From: Arenicellales bacterium
Lineage (GTDB): Bacteria > Pseudomonadota > Gammaproteobacteria > Arenicellales > JAJDZL01
Length of the DNA stretch: 64,000 nt
NCBI GenBank assembly: GCA_965205205.1
Contig: CBDBFX010000002.1
Coordinates: 245,637-309,636 of the forward strand
Direction: 5' to 3'
Shown here: piece by piece, positions 44,000 through 56,082 of the stretch
Numbering within the stretch: position 1 is the first letter of the stretch
How the letters are laid out: each line of letters starts with the position of its first letter
Made by a program: the position numbers and the translations under genes
Notes under the pieces: model-generated
Databases searched by the model: none
The model's input: only the letters and a program-made list of their open reading frames with translations
Told to the model about the DNA's origin: nothing

Positions 44000-45199
44000 T
44001 TACACCACTCGAGCAAACTTTTGTCTGCTACTCGCCGCGTGCCGCTCAAGAGCGGTCAGCGCGGGCAGCGAATGGCCCTGAACATATTCCAGAAACGCCC
44101 CACCAGCCGTCGATGCATAGGAAACGCGATCCAGACTGGCGAACCGCTCAAGGGCCACCAGCGTGTCACCGCCACCCGCAACTGAGAACGCATCGCTTTC
44201 CGTCACGGCTGCCGTGATGGCGCGGGTACCCGTGTCGAATGGAGGGTGCTCGAACGCACCGACCGGTCCATTCCAGATAATGGTTCCAGCTTGACGGATG
44301 GCGCGGCAGTAACTCTCACATGTGGCCGCGCCAATGTCAAGCATCATGTCCTGACCGGAAATGTCGGCAAGTGGTTTCGAGTAGACCGGCCGCCGCTCAC
44401 TTAACGAGGTCGAGACTATGGCATCGCTTGGCATCAGAATCTCACAGCCCTTGCGCGCGGCGATATCCATGATGTTCTGCGCATCTTTGATGAGTTCGGG
44501 CTCATATAGAGAACGACCGACGTTGAAACCCTTGGCGGCGATGAAAGTATTGGCAATCCCACCGCCGACGATCAAAGTCTGCGCAAGCATCGACAGCCGC
44601 TTCAGGGCCTGCAGTTTGCCGTCGATTTTCGCACCGCCGACAATGGCCACCAATGGTGTGGCTGGATTGTTCAGCGCCGCGTCGAGATGCCTGATCTCTT
44701 TCTGACACTGCAGGCCGAGACAGGCCATCGGAGCAAATTCGACAACCCCTGTGACGGACGCATGATGGCGATGCGCCACAGCAAAAGCATCCATCACGAA
44801 TACGTCACACAAGCTGGCCAACTGCTGGCTGAGTCCACGGTCACACGCGGTTTCTCCTTTCAGAAAGCGGACGTTTTCACCGATGGCCACCTCCCCTGGC
44901 TTGAGCTCGACTCCCTGTATCCAGTTCGTATGAAACGAGACGTTGCGTCCCAGGTACTGATGCATCAATCCCCGAATGGGTGCAAGTGAATAACGCTCGT
45001 CAAACTGACCCTCCTTCGGCCTGCCAACATGCGAGATAACCAGCACTGAAGCATTCGCATCAAGAACATGTTCAAGCGTGGCGAGGGCCGCCAGCAGCCG
45101 TTTCTTCGATGTGATCTCGCCATTCTCAAAAGAGACGTTCAGATCGACTCGCAGGAGTACCCGTCTGTAACGTAACTCAACCTGCTGGATAGGAATCAT
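44000..45199 (-). CDS. pgk: Phosphoglycerate kinase
   Basis: RVDLNV, SHVGRP, ENVRF, WNGPVG, GGGDT and STAGGAFLE; start set at the internal Met. Confidence 0.93.
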   Translation of the reverse strand: MIPIQQVELRYRRVLLRVDLNVSFENGEITSKKRLLAALATLEHVLDANASVLVISHVGRPKEGQFDERYSLAPIRGLMHQYLGRNVSFHTNWIQGVELKPGEVAIGENVRFLKGETACDRGLSQQLASLCDVFVMDAFAVAHRHHASVTGVVEFAPMACLGLQCQKEIRHLDAALNNPATPLVAIVGGAKIDGKLQALKRLSMLAQTLIVGGGIANTFIAAKGFNVGRSLYEPELIKDAQNIMDIAARKGCEILMPSDAIVSTSLSERRPVYSKPLADISGQDMMLDIGAATCESYCRAIRQAGTIIWNGPVGAFEHPPFDTGTRAITAAVTESDAFSVAGGGDTLVALERFASLDRVSYASTAGGAFLEYVQGHSLPALTALERHAASSRQKFARVV

Positions 45200-45207
45200 A
45201 TCAATCG

Positions 45208-46218
45208 CTATTCCGCACTCATCAGCGCGGCGGCGGTGTCCAGCATTCGATTCGAGAACGCCCACTCATTGTCGTACCAGCAGCAGATCTTGGCGGCTCT
45301 GGTACCGACCACTCTGGTTGTGGAGGCTTCAAATACGGATGACACCGGGCAATGATTGAAATCAATCGAAACCAGAGGTTTATCGTTGTAGGTCAAGATG
45401 CCGTCAAAAGCTCCAGCCGCCGCACGCTGAACCACACTGTGAATCGCGCCGACCGATACGTCGGACTGCGTCTGAATCGTCAGATCGACCAATGAAACAT
45501 TGGCCGTCGGCACCCGCACCGCGAACCCATCAAGTCTGCCGTCCAACTCCGGCAGGACCAGACCAATCGCCGCGGCCGCCCCCGTACTGGTTGGAATCAT
45601 GGACTGCGTTGCTGAACGCGCCCGTCTGAGATCGGGATGGTACACATCCGTCAAAACCTGATCATTGGTATAGGCGTGTACGGTCGTCATCAATCCCGAC
45701 TCGATGCCGAATGCATCGTTCAGAACTTTGGCGATGGGCGCAAGGCAATTCGTGGTGCACGAAGCGTTGGACACCACGGTATGAGAAGCGCGCAGAATAT
45801 GGTGGTTCACACCATAAACGACGGTCGCATCCACCCCACCACCCGGGGCGGACAGCAGCACCTTTGAAGCGCCCGCATCAAGATGCGCGGTCGCTTTTTC
45901 CTTGCTTGCAAAAAGCCCCGTACACTCCAGAACAAGATCAACCTCAAGGTCACCCCAAGGCAGTGCGGCGGGGTTGCGCTCTGAAAAAGTCCTGACAACG
46001 TCCCCATCGACGAGAAATCCGTCATCGACGCACTCGACTGCGGCTCCAAATCGGCCGTGTACGGAGTCGTACTGAAGTAAATGCGCATTGGTTTCCCGGT
46101 CCGCCAGATCATTGATCGCCACAATCGACAGCTCATGCCGCTGGGGCGAGTCGTACAATGCCCGCATGATGTTCCGACCAATTCGACCAAATCCGTTTAT
46201 TGCTACTCTGATTGACAT
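45208..46218 (-). CDS. gap: Type I glyceraldehyde-3-phosphate dehydrogenase
   Basis: [21 protein letters not shown] and WYDNEW. Confidence 0.93.
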   Translation of the reverse strand: MSIRVAINGFGRIGRNIMRALYDSPQRHELSIVAINDLADRETNAHLLQYDSVHGRFGAAVECVDDGFLVDGDVVRTFSERNPAALPWGDLEVDLVLECTGLFASKEKATAHLDAGASKVLLSAPGGGVDATVVYGVNHHILRASHTVVSNASCTTNCLAPIAKVLNDAFGIESGLMTTVHAYTNDQVLTDVYHPDLRRARSATQSMIPTSTGAAAAIGLVLPELDGRLDGFAVRVPTANVSLVDLTIQTQSDVSVGAIHSVVQRAAAGAFDGILTYNDKPLVSIDFNHCPVSSVFEASTTRVVGTRAAKICCWYDNEWAFSNRMLDTAAALMSAE

Positions 46219-46270
46219 TCGCAAGACTACCTGTATGAAGTGAATTAAACCTGATTGACTGAGAAGTTCT

Positions 46271-48307
46271 TTATGCCAGCAGTTCCAACACCGCTCTTTC
46301 GATGGCATCGACCGTCAGTCCAAAATACTCGTAGAGTGTTGGACCGGGAGCGGATTCACCAAATCGATCAATTCCGATCACCACGCCCTCGGCACCGGCA
46401 TATTTATGCCAGTAGACGGTCACACCGGCTTCAATGACGACCCGACGAGTCAGCTGAGGCGGCAGTACGGCATCTCGATAACTCTGCGGCTGCGCTTCAT
46501 ACACATCGACGCATGGCATGGACACGACCCGCACCCCTATTCCTTTCTCACTGAGCCGCTGTGCGGCATCCATCGCCAGTTCCACCTCCGTACCCGTTGC
46601 AATGACGACGGCATCGGGCTGACCACTGCAGTCGGCCAGTACATACCCCCCATTCTGTATCTGCTGAACCTGCCGTTCCGTCCGACTGTGCTGCCGAACA
46701 CCCTGCCGCGAAAACAACAGACAGGTCGGACCGTTCGTCCGTTCAATCGCCGCCTGCCACGCCACCATCGTTTCCTGCGTGTCACACGGCCGCCAGACAG
46801 ACATGTTCGGAATCAGTCGCAGGGTCGCCGCCTGTTCGACGGCCTGGTGCGTCGGTCCGTCCTCTCCTAGCCCAATCGAATCATGGGTATAGACGAAAAT
46901 CGAACCAATGCCCATCAGCGCCGACATGCGAACGGCGTTTCTGGCATATTCGGAAAACATCAGAAATGTCGCAGCGAAAGGAATGAAGCCGCCGTGCAGC
47001 GCCAGTCCATTGACCATGGCGCTCATGCCGAATTCTCGCACGCCAAAATAGATGTAGCTGCCATCGCCCGACTTTTCGTCAATGGGGACCGCCCCATCCC
47101 AACAGGTAAGATTGGAACCGGTCAAATCGGCCGAACCGCCAATCAATTCCGGCAGCATCGGCGCCAATGCATCCAGTGCCATTTTGGATGACTGACGCGT
47201 CGCCGCGGGTCGATCGGCCGTCATCCGCAGCTGTCGAATGCAATGCGCCGACCAACTGTCCGGCAATTGCCTGAGCAGGCGACGCTTCAACTCCGCCGCC
47301 AATTCTGGAAACTGGTCCGCGTAGCGCTGCAGTCGGTTCTGCCAATCGGCTTCCAGTCCATCGCCTTTGGCTCGACAGTCGAATGCCGCGCGAATGGCAT
47401 CTGGAACATGAAAGGGGGGATGATGCCAGCCCAGGCGCTTGCGGGTGAGTTCGATTTCTGCTTCACCCAGGGGCGCGCCATGCGCGCTGGCGGTGCCCGC
47501 CCTGTTGGGCGCGCCATATCCGATCACCGTTCGGCAGCAGATTAGGCTGGGACGGCCGGTCTCCGCGCGGGCGGTCTGGATGGCGGCCTCAATTTCATCA
47601 ATGTCGTGCCCATCGACCCCTTCGACGACGTGCCAGCCGTACGCATCGAAGCGTTCGGGCGTATGCTCAGTGAACCATCCGGAGACCTCGCCATCAATTG
47701 AAATGTTGTTATCATCATAGACCGCGATCAGTTTTTCGAGCTGATGCGTTCCCGCAAACGAAGCGGCCTCGTGAGAGATCCCTTCCATCAGACAGCCGTC
47801 GCCCAGAAAGACATAGGTGAAGTGATCGACGATGGCGTGACCGGGACGATTGAATCGGGCGGCCAGCACTTTTTCCGCCACAGCCATACCGACCGCATTG
47901 GCAAATCCCTGTCCCAGCGGTCCGGTCGTGGTTTCGACTCCGGGCGTCAGCCCATATTCGGGGTGGCCGGCAGTTTTTGAATGCAGCTGGCGAAAATTTC
48001 TGAGTTCCTCAAGTGGCAGGTCGTATCCAGTCAGGTGCAAAAGCGCATAGAGCAGCATGGAACCATGCCCATTAGACAGTACGAATCGATCTCGGTCGAA
48101 CCAGTTTGGATTGCGGGGGTTGTGTCGCAGATGATCCAACCATAGGGTTACCGCGATATCGGCCATTCCCATCGGCATGCCGGGATGCCCGGATCTGGCG
48201 GCCTGCACGGCATCCATGGACAGTGCGCGCACCGCATTCGCCATCTGCCGACGTAGCGAAGCAGGACTGGCATTGGGTTTCATCGATTCTGCAGGTGTAT
48301 CATTCAA
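46271..48307 (-). CDS. tkt: Transketolase
   Basis: [18 protein letters not shown] and [15 protein letters not shown]. Confidence 0.97.
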   Translation of the reverse strand: MNDTPAESMKPNASPASLRRQMANAVRALSMDAVQAARSGHPGMPMGMADIAVTLWLDHLRHNPRNPNWFDRDRFVLSNGHGSMLLYALLHLTGYDLPLEELRNFRQLHSKTAGHPEYGLTPGVETTTGPLGQGFANAVGMAVAEKVLAARFNRPGHAIVDHFTYVFLGDGCLMEGISHEAASFAGTHQLEKLIAVYDDNNISIDGEVSGWFTEHTPERFDAYGWHVVEGVDGHDIDEIEAAIQTARAETGRPSLICCRTVIGYGAPNRAGTASAHGAPLGEAEIELTRKRLGWHHPPFHVPDAIRAAFDCRAKGDGLEADWQNRLQRYADQFPELAAELKRRLLRQLPDSWSAHCIRQLRMTADRPAATRQSSKMALDALAPMLPELIGGSADLTGSNLTCWDGAVPIDEKSGDGSYIYFGVREFGMSAMVNGLALHGGFIPFAATFLMFSEYARNAVRMSALMGIGSIFVYTHDSIGLGEDGPTHQAVEQAATLRLIPNMSVWRPCDTQETMVAWQAAIERTNGPTCLLFSRQGVRQHSRTERQVQQIQNGGYVLADCSGQPDAVVIATGTEVELAMDAAQRLSEKGIGVRVVSMPCVDVYEAQPQSYRDAVLPPQLTRRVVIEAGVTVYWHKYAGAEGVVIGIDRFGESAPGPTLYEYFGLTVDAIERAVLELLA

Positions 48308-48381
48308 CTGACTGTTCCCGAGCTGGAGGTGACGAATCCAACCGCGCGCAGATTGCCGCGCAGCAGGATTCGGTCATGGAA

Positions 48382-49143
48382 TTACAGATCAATTATACAG
48401 ACGCGCTCGAACTTCCAATTGCCGTCACCGTCGGCCTGCGATGAATAGCCGCGGGGGTTTGAAAAGACCCGTGTGCTGCCGACCCAGTAGTCGGCCGACT
48501 CATGCGTATGGCCATGAATCCATAGCTCGGGCTGGTAATCGAACATCAATGGCTCCAGCGATGAACCATAAGCCGGATCAAGCTCCATACCAATCCGCTC
48601 GCGGCGCAATGATTTTACTGATGGTGCATGATGAGTTACGACGACGGTCTTCTGGGTGCCGCCATTTTCCTTTTTCAATTCAGCTTCCAGAAATTTGCGC
48701 GAGTCGTGGTGAAAACGAACGGTATCGCGCGGCTCGAGAATGTCATCGTCCAATGAGATGAGGTGATAATCATTCATACAGCGGGCGGCATTCAGCATAT
48801 TCAATTCCTTATCGCCCTGAATGGCGAAATCGGTCCAAAGCGTTGCGCAGATGAATCGGGTGTCACCAAAACACATCGATTCGTTCTCGCAGAAGTGAAT
48901 GTTGGTACCCTCGGTTTCAGCTCGAATGCGACTCTGAACCGCATTGATCTCGTGATGATAGTATTCGTGGTTGCCACAGATGTAGATGACTGGAATTTCT
49001 GGAAACTTATGTCTTGCCCAGCGAACGCCCTTATCCCCAAGGTGAATATCTCCGGCCAGAATCACGACATCGAATCCACCCTTCGGCGGTGTGAAGTTTG
49101 AGAACTCCAGATGCAGGTCTGAATAAATCAGCAGTTTCATCAT
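48382..49143 (-). CDS. Calcineurin-like metallophosphoesterase
   Basis: SDLH, LAGD, GNHE, THHAP, HGHTH and NPRGY. Confidence 0.92.
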   Translation of the reverse strand: MMKLLIYSDLHLEFSNFTPPKGGFDVVILAGDIHLGDKGVRWARHKFPEIPVIYICGNHEYYHHEINAVQSRIRAETEGTNIHFCENESMCFGDTRFICATLWTDFAIQGDKELNMLNAARCMNDYHLISLDDDILEPRDTVRFHHDSRKFLEAELKKENGGTQKTVVVTHHAPSVKSLRRERIGMELDPAYGSSLEPLMFDYQPELWIHGHTHESADYWVGSTRVFSNPRGYSSQADGDGNWKFERVCIIDL

Positions 49144-49625
49144 TTTTCCATGAGTGGCGCCATCAGCGGTTCGTCAGACTTTCCAGCCGACTGAATTGTC
49201 AACAAGAATTTGAAGAGGTGATGCAAAATCGATCTGCTCGAATGATTCACCGTCGACAGATTTGCGGGTCTATGCTTCGGAAAATACAACCGCGTTCGTA
49301 TTAATCCGTAAACACCCTGGAATGCAGGTGTACCAATGCATCCGTCCAAAACCGACCGGAATGAATTTCGCATCTCATGCTGTCGGATGGTTCGGCTTAA
49401 AACCCGTTCCCTCAAATTAAACCAATCTCGCAAATCAAATATGAGCTTAGAGATGGCGAGATGCCTTCCAACGGGCCAGTGAGATTATATTCGAAATGAT
49501 GCTAGAGTTATCCAGCAGTTTCACGCCAGCGGAGTGAATGAGTATCCAGTTCGTGTGGATTCAGTTTCATCGAAGGTGCCTGATGTGAATGGTCTTAACC
49601 AAAAAAAACACTCTCCTACCTCCAA

Positions 49626-52600
49626 TCACATACTGACCTCTGCATCCGGGGTACCCGCGGCAAATGCATTCAACCAGGCTAAGCATATCTCGCAGGAACG
49701 ATAACAGCTCCAAATCTTACTTTCCTCCTGCTCAACGATTGAGAAAGTTGAGTAAATGTGGCGGATTGCATCGCGTTCCGTAATACCGTACAGGTGAAAA
49801 TAAAGCGCATCCAGCTTAGCGCGTAGGTCGAGCCGCCGACGCTCGTCCCAGGCGAACGGCGAACGCACTTCGCCGTTGTCATCCAAAAAGCCCATGTCGC
49901 GGGCGAAAGGGACCATGTCATTCGCCGTGTAAATGAGTTCCAAAACCACCTGACACACGATTTCCGCAGCAGTTTTCGGTCCGAAACACACTGTTTCGTA
50001 CCAATCCCGCGGGACGACCGGAATCTGTTCAAGGATATACAGATTAAGATGCTGACCTTGAATTTTCTGGCGTACGATGTAGTCAAATGGCACAGCGTTG
50101 AGATTGGCAAGAAGCAGTGCCAGGTCCGTCGCGCTCTGATCGGATGTTGAAATTATGGGGAATGTGTTTCCTGCGCCGGCTCTTGGAATCAGAGTTGCGA
50201 TCATGGACCGTGCATTTGTTGATGCCGTCACGTCTTTGAAACCAAGCAGATACGAAACCGAAGGCTGTGGAATGTCACTTCGCATGACCCAATATTGCGG
50301 TTCTGGCAGCCAATCTGGATTCTGATGCTGCTCCAGGCTGGACGGCGAGCTGCTGGCAGGACGATGCCGGTTGACCGGATTGACGGTGATATCGGCGGCC
50401 CGGTGATCGAATGCCTGTACCATCTTGCCCTCGTAGAGTGGCACCCATTCACCTGCAGGACTGTCAAAGCGATTGCCTCCAATTGACCACGCACCTTCTT
50501 CCTCTGTCAATTCGGCGCGGGTACGAAACCGATGGGAATCGTTGGTCATGTGAAACATCGTCGTGTACTTCACTGGCCAAGTCTTGGTTTCCAGATCCGA
50601 CGAACGTTTAACGAGGACGGGTAGGTTTTCGTAAATGTGCCTAGTCAGCTCCGCATCAATACGGGAGCGAAAAAAAGGCGCTGTGCCAGTGTTGGGATTA
50701 ACGCGGGAAAAATCTTCGGCGGTCAGGGTAAAGCTTCGTTCCGCATCCGCCAACGTCGCCGTATCGTTTAGAAATGCCGCGTATTTCGTAGTACCGTTCA
50801 ATGGCGAAGGACTGGCAACAAAGAGACAGAATTTAAAGGAAGAATGGACATCTGGGAAAAATATCTTCTTGTTTTCGAAATCATAGAACGTCTTTAGTCG
50901 ACCTTCCGTTGCCACATTGGAGAAAAATCGCGCCGCCGTCTTGTCCGAAGCGATACCCGATGGTACCAGCAACCCAATCATGCCATCAGGTTTGACAAGT
51001 TTCATCGCGCGCTCAACGAATAGCGAATAGAGATTCAAATCGCCACCGGAAAGCAATGGGTATTCACCCGGTCGCTGCGCCATTCGCGTCGCAGCCTTGA
51101 TCCGAGACAGCACCTGATTCAGTTCCAGCGCCAACGGTTTATTGTCCTCGAGTATCTGAGCGACCAAGCGGTTGCGATCAGACGCTCTCTGAGGCAGTGC
51201 GACCTCCGGCCGCTTTGCTTCGAACCACTTGACCTGGTCTAACTTCATTCGGTCCCAGGGTGGGTTGCCAATCACAGCATCGAATCCACCTTGCAGCTCG
51301 TCCGAGTCCCAATTCGACCAAACCCCTGGGAATGCGAGTTGCCAATTCAGAAAACGTTCGCTGGCGATTAGTTTCAGCGCCTGTTTCAACAATGCATTGA
51401 AATGCACCGCTGGGGCTAAGTCCATATCACTCAGTTCAGTGAGCTGAGCAATTTCAAGCGGATCACCAAACACGCCATCAAGCCAGGCAAAATACGCGTT
51501 TTTGTCTTCACTGCTGCTTAGCTTCAGCCAATCAAACGCGTAAACCAATGTTAGAAATGCGTTCAGCGGAGCGGTCATCAACGAAATCTCAGTAAATTTT
51601 TCCGCGGAGCGATTTGCTTCCGCAAGTTGGGCATCCGTAAGATGCTCAATCGTCTGCATCGGCACCACTGCGCGGGCCGCTCGATTCAATGGTTTGCTCA
51701 AGAATAAGCCACCCTGACTTTCCGTGCGGGCGATTGTAGGCTGAACCCAAGCACCGAATAAGCTGTCACCACAGCGAAGGTGATGGTCAAGAAAACTGAG
51801 CGGCGCACCCACAGTGAAGGTATGCAGCCAAAGCGAGACCTTCGCCAGCTCCACTGCCATGGGATTTTTGTCGACACCGTATACACACCGTTTCAGTACC
51901 ATGCGCCGAACGATGTGCCAGTCGTCAAGTCGAGCATGGTCGACCGCCCAATTGCCTTCCTTAGCGTTGGTCAGAATTGTGTTGCGGACTGTTTCTATAC
52001 GCTTGATCAGAGGTGAAACGTATCCCTCAACCATCACTTCCACTCTCGTCATGGCTGTCAGAACATGACTGGTGAGATAGTCCACCAGTTGGACCAGGAA
52101 ATGACCCGAACCCATCGCCGGGTCGCAGATTTTCAAAGTTAGAATTTGCTCTGCTGGATCGATTGCTTCGAGATCGCTCTCAACGGACGGACTCTTTCGT
52201 GCCGATTCAGCTGCCGTACGAAAGGCTTCCAAATATCGCTTCACCAGCGGGTCGATCGTCTCTGCGATAATCAGTTCGACCAACTCATCCGGCGTATAAA
52301 AACTGCCAGAGGTCCTGCGCGCGAAGGCATTGGACCGTACGGTCACTTCACCACTTTCAAATACAACATCCTGTTCCAAAAGCCGCTCGTAGATTGACCC
52401 GAGTTGCCCAACACCGAGATCGCGGTAGTTGATGTAGCGGCGGCCATCAGGGGTCTGCTCGAACGACAGCGCATCAATTGCATCAGCCATAGTCGCATCA
52501 TCAAGACGAATGTCCGCTAGCAGCGGCGCATATTTTGGATCAAATAAGCCCCCGTCATAAGCAGGTAAGCCGATTGAGGCGTCTCCGCGACCAATAACGC

Positions 52601-53807
52601 GGCAAAGATCGTAGAAAACTGACCAAAAGAATGCCGCTGAGGTTGAAAACGCTTCGCCCTGCTCCCTGCGTCGTCCAACATCATCCCTTACTTTCTTCCG
52701 CAGTGAGTAGTGGCCGTACCGATGGTCGCGAATGGGTAGCAGACCGCGGTCTTCTGCGTAGAGAACAAATAACAATCGATAAAGCATGACCAATGCGGCA
52801 TCACCCACTTCGTTCAGTGGAGCGCTTGGCGCGGCGGCTGCGATTGCTCGAACGAGATTGGGATAAACCTGTCCGAACACCAAATCAGACAGATTCGCCG
52901 CCACCCTTTCCTGAAAGTACCGGCTTTCCACCATCGCACGCTGATGAAAAGTCTGTCCGTCTGTCGCATCGGGTAGAAAGGATTCACGTCGAAAAATAAG
53001 TGCAAATACTTTCAGACAGTGCCATCGAATATGTTCTGAGAGAGGGGCTGGCGTGTCATTGTGACCGCCAACTGAAAGACCAAGAACTGCTGCAAGATCG
53101 ACTTCAATAAACTGCTCAGAAACGAACCTCGCACCGGAATGGTACAGACGCCAGTGTGCACCGTTTGTGAGAATACCCCAACGAATCTTGCCGTCAGTCA
53201 GGTCGTCAATGCGTCGGAGGTAGCGTAGCATCTGCGTGCCCGGTGCGGACTCCTTACTTAAATGCTCCGACCGACGATTGAGCGGCAGAAGCCAACGTTT
53301 TGATTCCACAACCGCTAGCCCGAATTCGTAGCGCCGCCACTCCCTGTCGAAGGTATTGGCAAGATCCTTCGACTTGGAATCGGCAAACAGCAGTCCATCT
53401 GGCACTTCATCGCGACCAAAGGTCGATAAGTTCTGCTGTCTCAGCATATCAGTCCAACCGAGTCGTTCAAGCACCGGCCAAATCAAGTCATCCTCTGTCT
53501 GACTCTCATTCGGCGACTGATTCACCGGGAATCTGCTGCAAATATCGAATAGATCGGTCTCTAACTCTAGAATGTCTTGGTCTTCAAGGGTTTGCCAGCC
53601 GTCAAACTTCTTAATCGAGTCGCAGAGAAAGTCTTTCGCAAGCAGATTTCCCTGAAAGACTGTCTCCATCAACAAGTGCATATCATCCGCCGCGAATTGA
53701 CGCCTGTCGACAGAATCTGACGAAAACTTTTCCGTACCATTTTTAACTCGAGGCTGCGTGTCGTTTCCAGCCAACCTATGACTCTGCCTAGATTTCTCTT
53801 TTTTCAC
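49626..53807 (-). CDS. Type IIG (Eco57I-like) fused restriction-modification enzyme
   Basis: N-terminal PDGLLF...VESK nuclease motif, GILTNG, GSFYTP, DPAMGSGHFL, GNPPW and PLYEGK. The true start may be Met at 53669. Confidence 0.9.
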   Translation of the reverse strand: MKKEKSRQSHRLAGNDTQPRVKNGTEKFSSDSVDRRQFAADDMHLLMETVFQGNLLAKDFLCDSIKKFDGWQTLEDQDILELETDLFDICSRFPVNQSPNESQTEDDLIWPVLERLGWTDMLRQQNLSTFGRDEVPDGLLFADSKSKDLANTFDREWRRYEFGLAVVESKRWLLPLNRRSEHLSKESAPGTQMLRYLRRIDDLTDGKIRWGILTNGAHWRLYHSGARFVSEQFIEVDLAAVLGLSVGGHNDTPAPLSEHIRWHCLKVFALIFRRESFLPDATDGQTFHQRAMVESRYFQERVAANLSDLVFGQVYPNLVRAIAAAAPSAPLNEVGDAALVMLYRLLFVLYAEDRGLLPIRDHRYGHYSLRKKVRDDVGRRREQGEAFSTSAAFFWSVFYDLCRVIGRGDASIGLPAYDGGLFDPKYAPLLADIRLDDATMADAIDALSFEQTPDGRRYINYRDLGVGQLGSIYERLLEQDVVFESGEVTVRSNAFARRTSGSFYTPDELVELIIAETIDPLVKRYLEAFRTAAESARKSPSVESDLEAIDPAEQILTLKICDPAMGSGHFLVQLVDYLTSHVLTAMTRVEVMVEGYVSPLIKRIETVRNTILTNAKEGNWAVDHARLDDWHIVRRMVLKRCVYGVDKNPMAVELAKVSLWLHTFTVGAPLSFLDHHLRCGDSLFGAWVQPTIARTESQGGLFLSKPLNRAARAVVPMQTIEHLTDAQLAEANRSAEKFTEISLMTAPLNAFLTLVYAFDWLKLSSSEDKNAYFAWLDGVFGDPLEIAQLTELSDMDLAPAVHFNALLKQALKLIASERFLNWQLAFPGVWSNWDSDELQGGFDAVIGNPPWDRMKLDQVKWFEAKRPEVALPQRASDRNRLVAQILEDNKPLALELNQVLSRIKAATRMAQRPGEYPLLSGGDLNLYSLFVERAMKLVKPDGMIGLLVPSGIASDKTAARFFSNVATEGRLKTFYDFENKKIFFPDVHSSFKFCLFVASPSPLNGTTKYAAFLNDTATLADAERSFTLTAEDFSRVNPNTGTAPFFRSRIDAELTRHIYENLPVLVKRSSDLETKTWPVKYTTMFHMTNDSHRFRTRAELTEEEGAWSIGGNRFDSPAGEWVPLYEGKMVQAFDHRAADITVNPVNRHRPASSSPSSLEQHQNPDWLPEPQYWVMRSDIPQPSVSYLLGFKDVTASTNARSMIATLIPRAGAGNTFPIISTSDQSATDLALLLANLNAVPFDYIVRQKIQGQHLNLYILEQIPVVPRDWYETVCFGPKTAAEIVCQVVLELIYTANDMVPFARDMGFLDDNGEVRSPFAWDERRRLDLRAKLDALYFHLYGITERDAIRHIYSTFSIVEQEESKIWSCYRSCEICLAWLNAFAAGTPDAEVSM

Positions 53808-54760
53808 ACAAACACATTCCTACACTCAACCCACTTGCCGCCACTGGTGCGAATCCTCATGTTGAAAGATTGCTTGAGTCGCATTGCCAATTTTGGTCTG
53901 TGCTACCGATAGCAACGTGCTGGTCCATATGAAAATGGATCCAAAGAAAACGCGGCAGCCAGAATTAAGGAGAGTACGATACAGAACAACCCTTACCCAT
54001 TAATGCCGGTTCGAAAAAATAAAACATCTCGCTAAAAATAGTAGACTCAGCTCTGAATGAACTACCCGCAAATAACAAACATGACTCAGACAACCAGTCA
54101 AATCGCTCTCATTTTCACAGCATTTATGGGCATCCATCAAACATTTGAGATTTCCAGCTGAAACACGGTCAGACTTGTCCGCTAACCGCTACAGTGATTG
54201 GCTGAGCTGGTCACCCTTATTCTGACCGAGGTAAGAATTTTCGAACTCATGCAGTCACCTTACCGCAGAACTCTGCCTTAACTTCCAACAAATTGATTTC
54301 CGGCCTTATGGCTTCGATAACAACCGCTTTTTTTCATTGAATAGCTCAATTGAGTACAAGGAAACCGGTTTCAGATTGATTTCCAGACCACAGATTCTTT
54401 ACAGAGCACTTTAATTCTCTTACTGGATCCTGTTGTTACATTGTTGAAAAAAAGACTATCTTTGCGACGATGTTGGTATCGCTTTATCATATACGCATAT
54501 GCGGTCAGGTTTTGATGCAGCCATCAAAACAGCGAGTTATCGAAAATAGTTCCGCTCAGCAGACCAACGGGGGCACCTGACAGACCGGCTTTGATCCTAT
54601 TTCCATGGACCGGTAGCCACCAAAAGAACTCCCCAGTGCCTAGTGCGAACTGCCAGATTGAATGTGAGGTTTTATTTTACCCCATTCGCTGTAAAATTGT
54701 GTCAACGCGAACGTACAGAGATCGGCTTTGTACAACAGACATAGTTGAAGGAATGATTAT

Positions 54761-55315
54761 ATGACTTGGCTTACGAACCAATTTCTTGTGGCGATGCCGA
54801 CCATTTCAGATTCAGTTTTCGAACGGGCTGTGGTATTGATCTGCATGCATGATGAAGACGGCGCACTTGGAATCGTCGTCAATCGGGTTACTGAACTTGT
54901 GCTTGAAGACATTCTGAACGAACTTGATCTCGACGCCACCGGCAACCCCGAAGCCAAGCTGCCCGTTCACTTTGGCGGGCCCTGCCAACTGGAGTGCGGA
55001 CTCGTGTTGCACAATGCCGGCCAATCTTGGGCATCGACCATCAAGGTGGGCAACGAATTCTGCCTGACCACATCAAAAGACGTGCTCGAAGCCATATCGG
55101 AAAACCGCGGCCCCGAAATATTTCTGCCGGTGCTGGGATTTGCCGGCTGGGAGAGCAATCAGCTGGAAGACGAAATGCAGAACAATGTATGGCTGTCCAC
55201 GCCGGCAGATTCATCCATCATATTTGAGACGCCGATCCAGGAGCGATGGCACAAGGCCGCGTCATTGGTCGGTATTGATATCGCGACCATCTCGTCAGTC
55301 GCAGGACATGCCTGA
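54761..55315 (+). CDS. yqgE: YqgE/AlgH family protein
   Basis: FLVAMP, GALGIVVNR, FGGP, GFAGW...QLEDE and C-terminal AGHA. Confidence 0.93.
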   Translation: MTWLTNQFLVAMPTISDSVFERAVVLICMHDEDGALGIVVNRVTELVLEDILNELDLDATGNPEAKLPVHFGGPCQLECGLVLHNAGQSWASTIKVGNEFCLTTSKDVLEAISENRGPEIFLPVLGFAGWESNQLEDEMQNNVWLSTPADSSIIFETPIQERWHKAASLVGIDIATISSVAGHA

Positions 55316-55418
55316 CCCGTCAATCAGGGGAGTCCATTCCGGCTGACCGATGTGACGGCGGTGGCATTCACTTCCAGCTTCGCATTCACCCAGAATTTCA
55401 CTTTCATACCGCTAGCGA

Positions 55419-55871
55419 ATGGCCGCTTCAAGTGACAATATGCAAGCGTCCGATTGCGTCATGGCCTTTGATTATGGTACGCGCCGGATGGGTGTGGCAG
55501 TCGGTCACCCGCACATCGGCCGTGGCCGTGGCATCGGAATCGTACCGATTCGAGACGGTCACCCGGATTTCGTCAAGGTGAAAAAAATGGTGGAGAACTG
55601 GCGCCCAGAGGTGTTCGTGCTTGGCATGCCCGCCGCGCGCTCCTCATCAGACAATCGACTCAAGAAACAGATTCTTCGCTTCGGCGACGCGCTTAGCCGG
55701 GAATTCGAGGTCAACGTCTCGTATGTTGATGAAACACTGAGTACTGAAGAGTCCAACTTCCGGATCAGTCAGTTCAGGAAACGTCCATCAAGAGCAAAAA
55801 AAATCAGCCAACGCAACCAAATCTCGGCCGAAATCATACTCGAATCCTATTTTGCACAATCGGCTGATTGA
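55419..55871 (+). CDS. ruvX: YqgF/RuvX pre-16S rRNA nuclease
   Basis: AFDYGTRRMGVA and VDETLST; syntenic with yqgE. Confidence 0.9.
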   Translation: MAASSDNMQASDCVMAFDYGTRRMGVAVGHPHIGRGRGIGIVPIRDGHPDFVKVKKMVENWRPEVFVLGMPAARSSSDNRLKKQILRFGDALSREFEVNVSYVDETLSTEESNFRISQFRKRPSRAKKISQRNQISAEIILESYFAQSAD

Positions 55872-56082
55872 AATTTCGAATGTGATCAGGCGATTACCAA
55901 GAAAACAACTAGGCAACGCTCAACAGTCGTCGCAGCATTCAGTGCTCTGCCCGATCAAACCAATATAATCGGCAGTGATGTTCTCAACTCGTACGCCACA
56001 TCTGTTCCATTGTTCTCACCAGCCATGCTTACAGAAGCAGGATTCTGTCAGCCATTGGCTTGAACTGAAGTAGTGCCGATCA

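Noticed and set aside
53830-54750. Long intergenic region as a possible ncRNA or riboswitch
   Set aside because: No recognisable conserved motif; an Rfam/Infernal scan would be needed.
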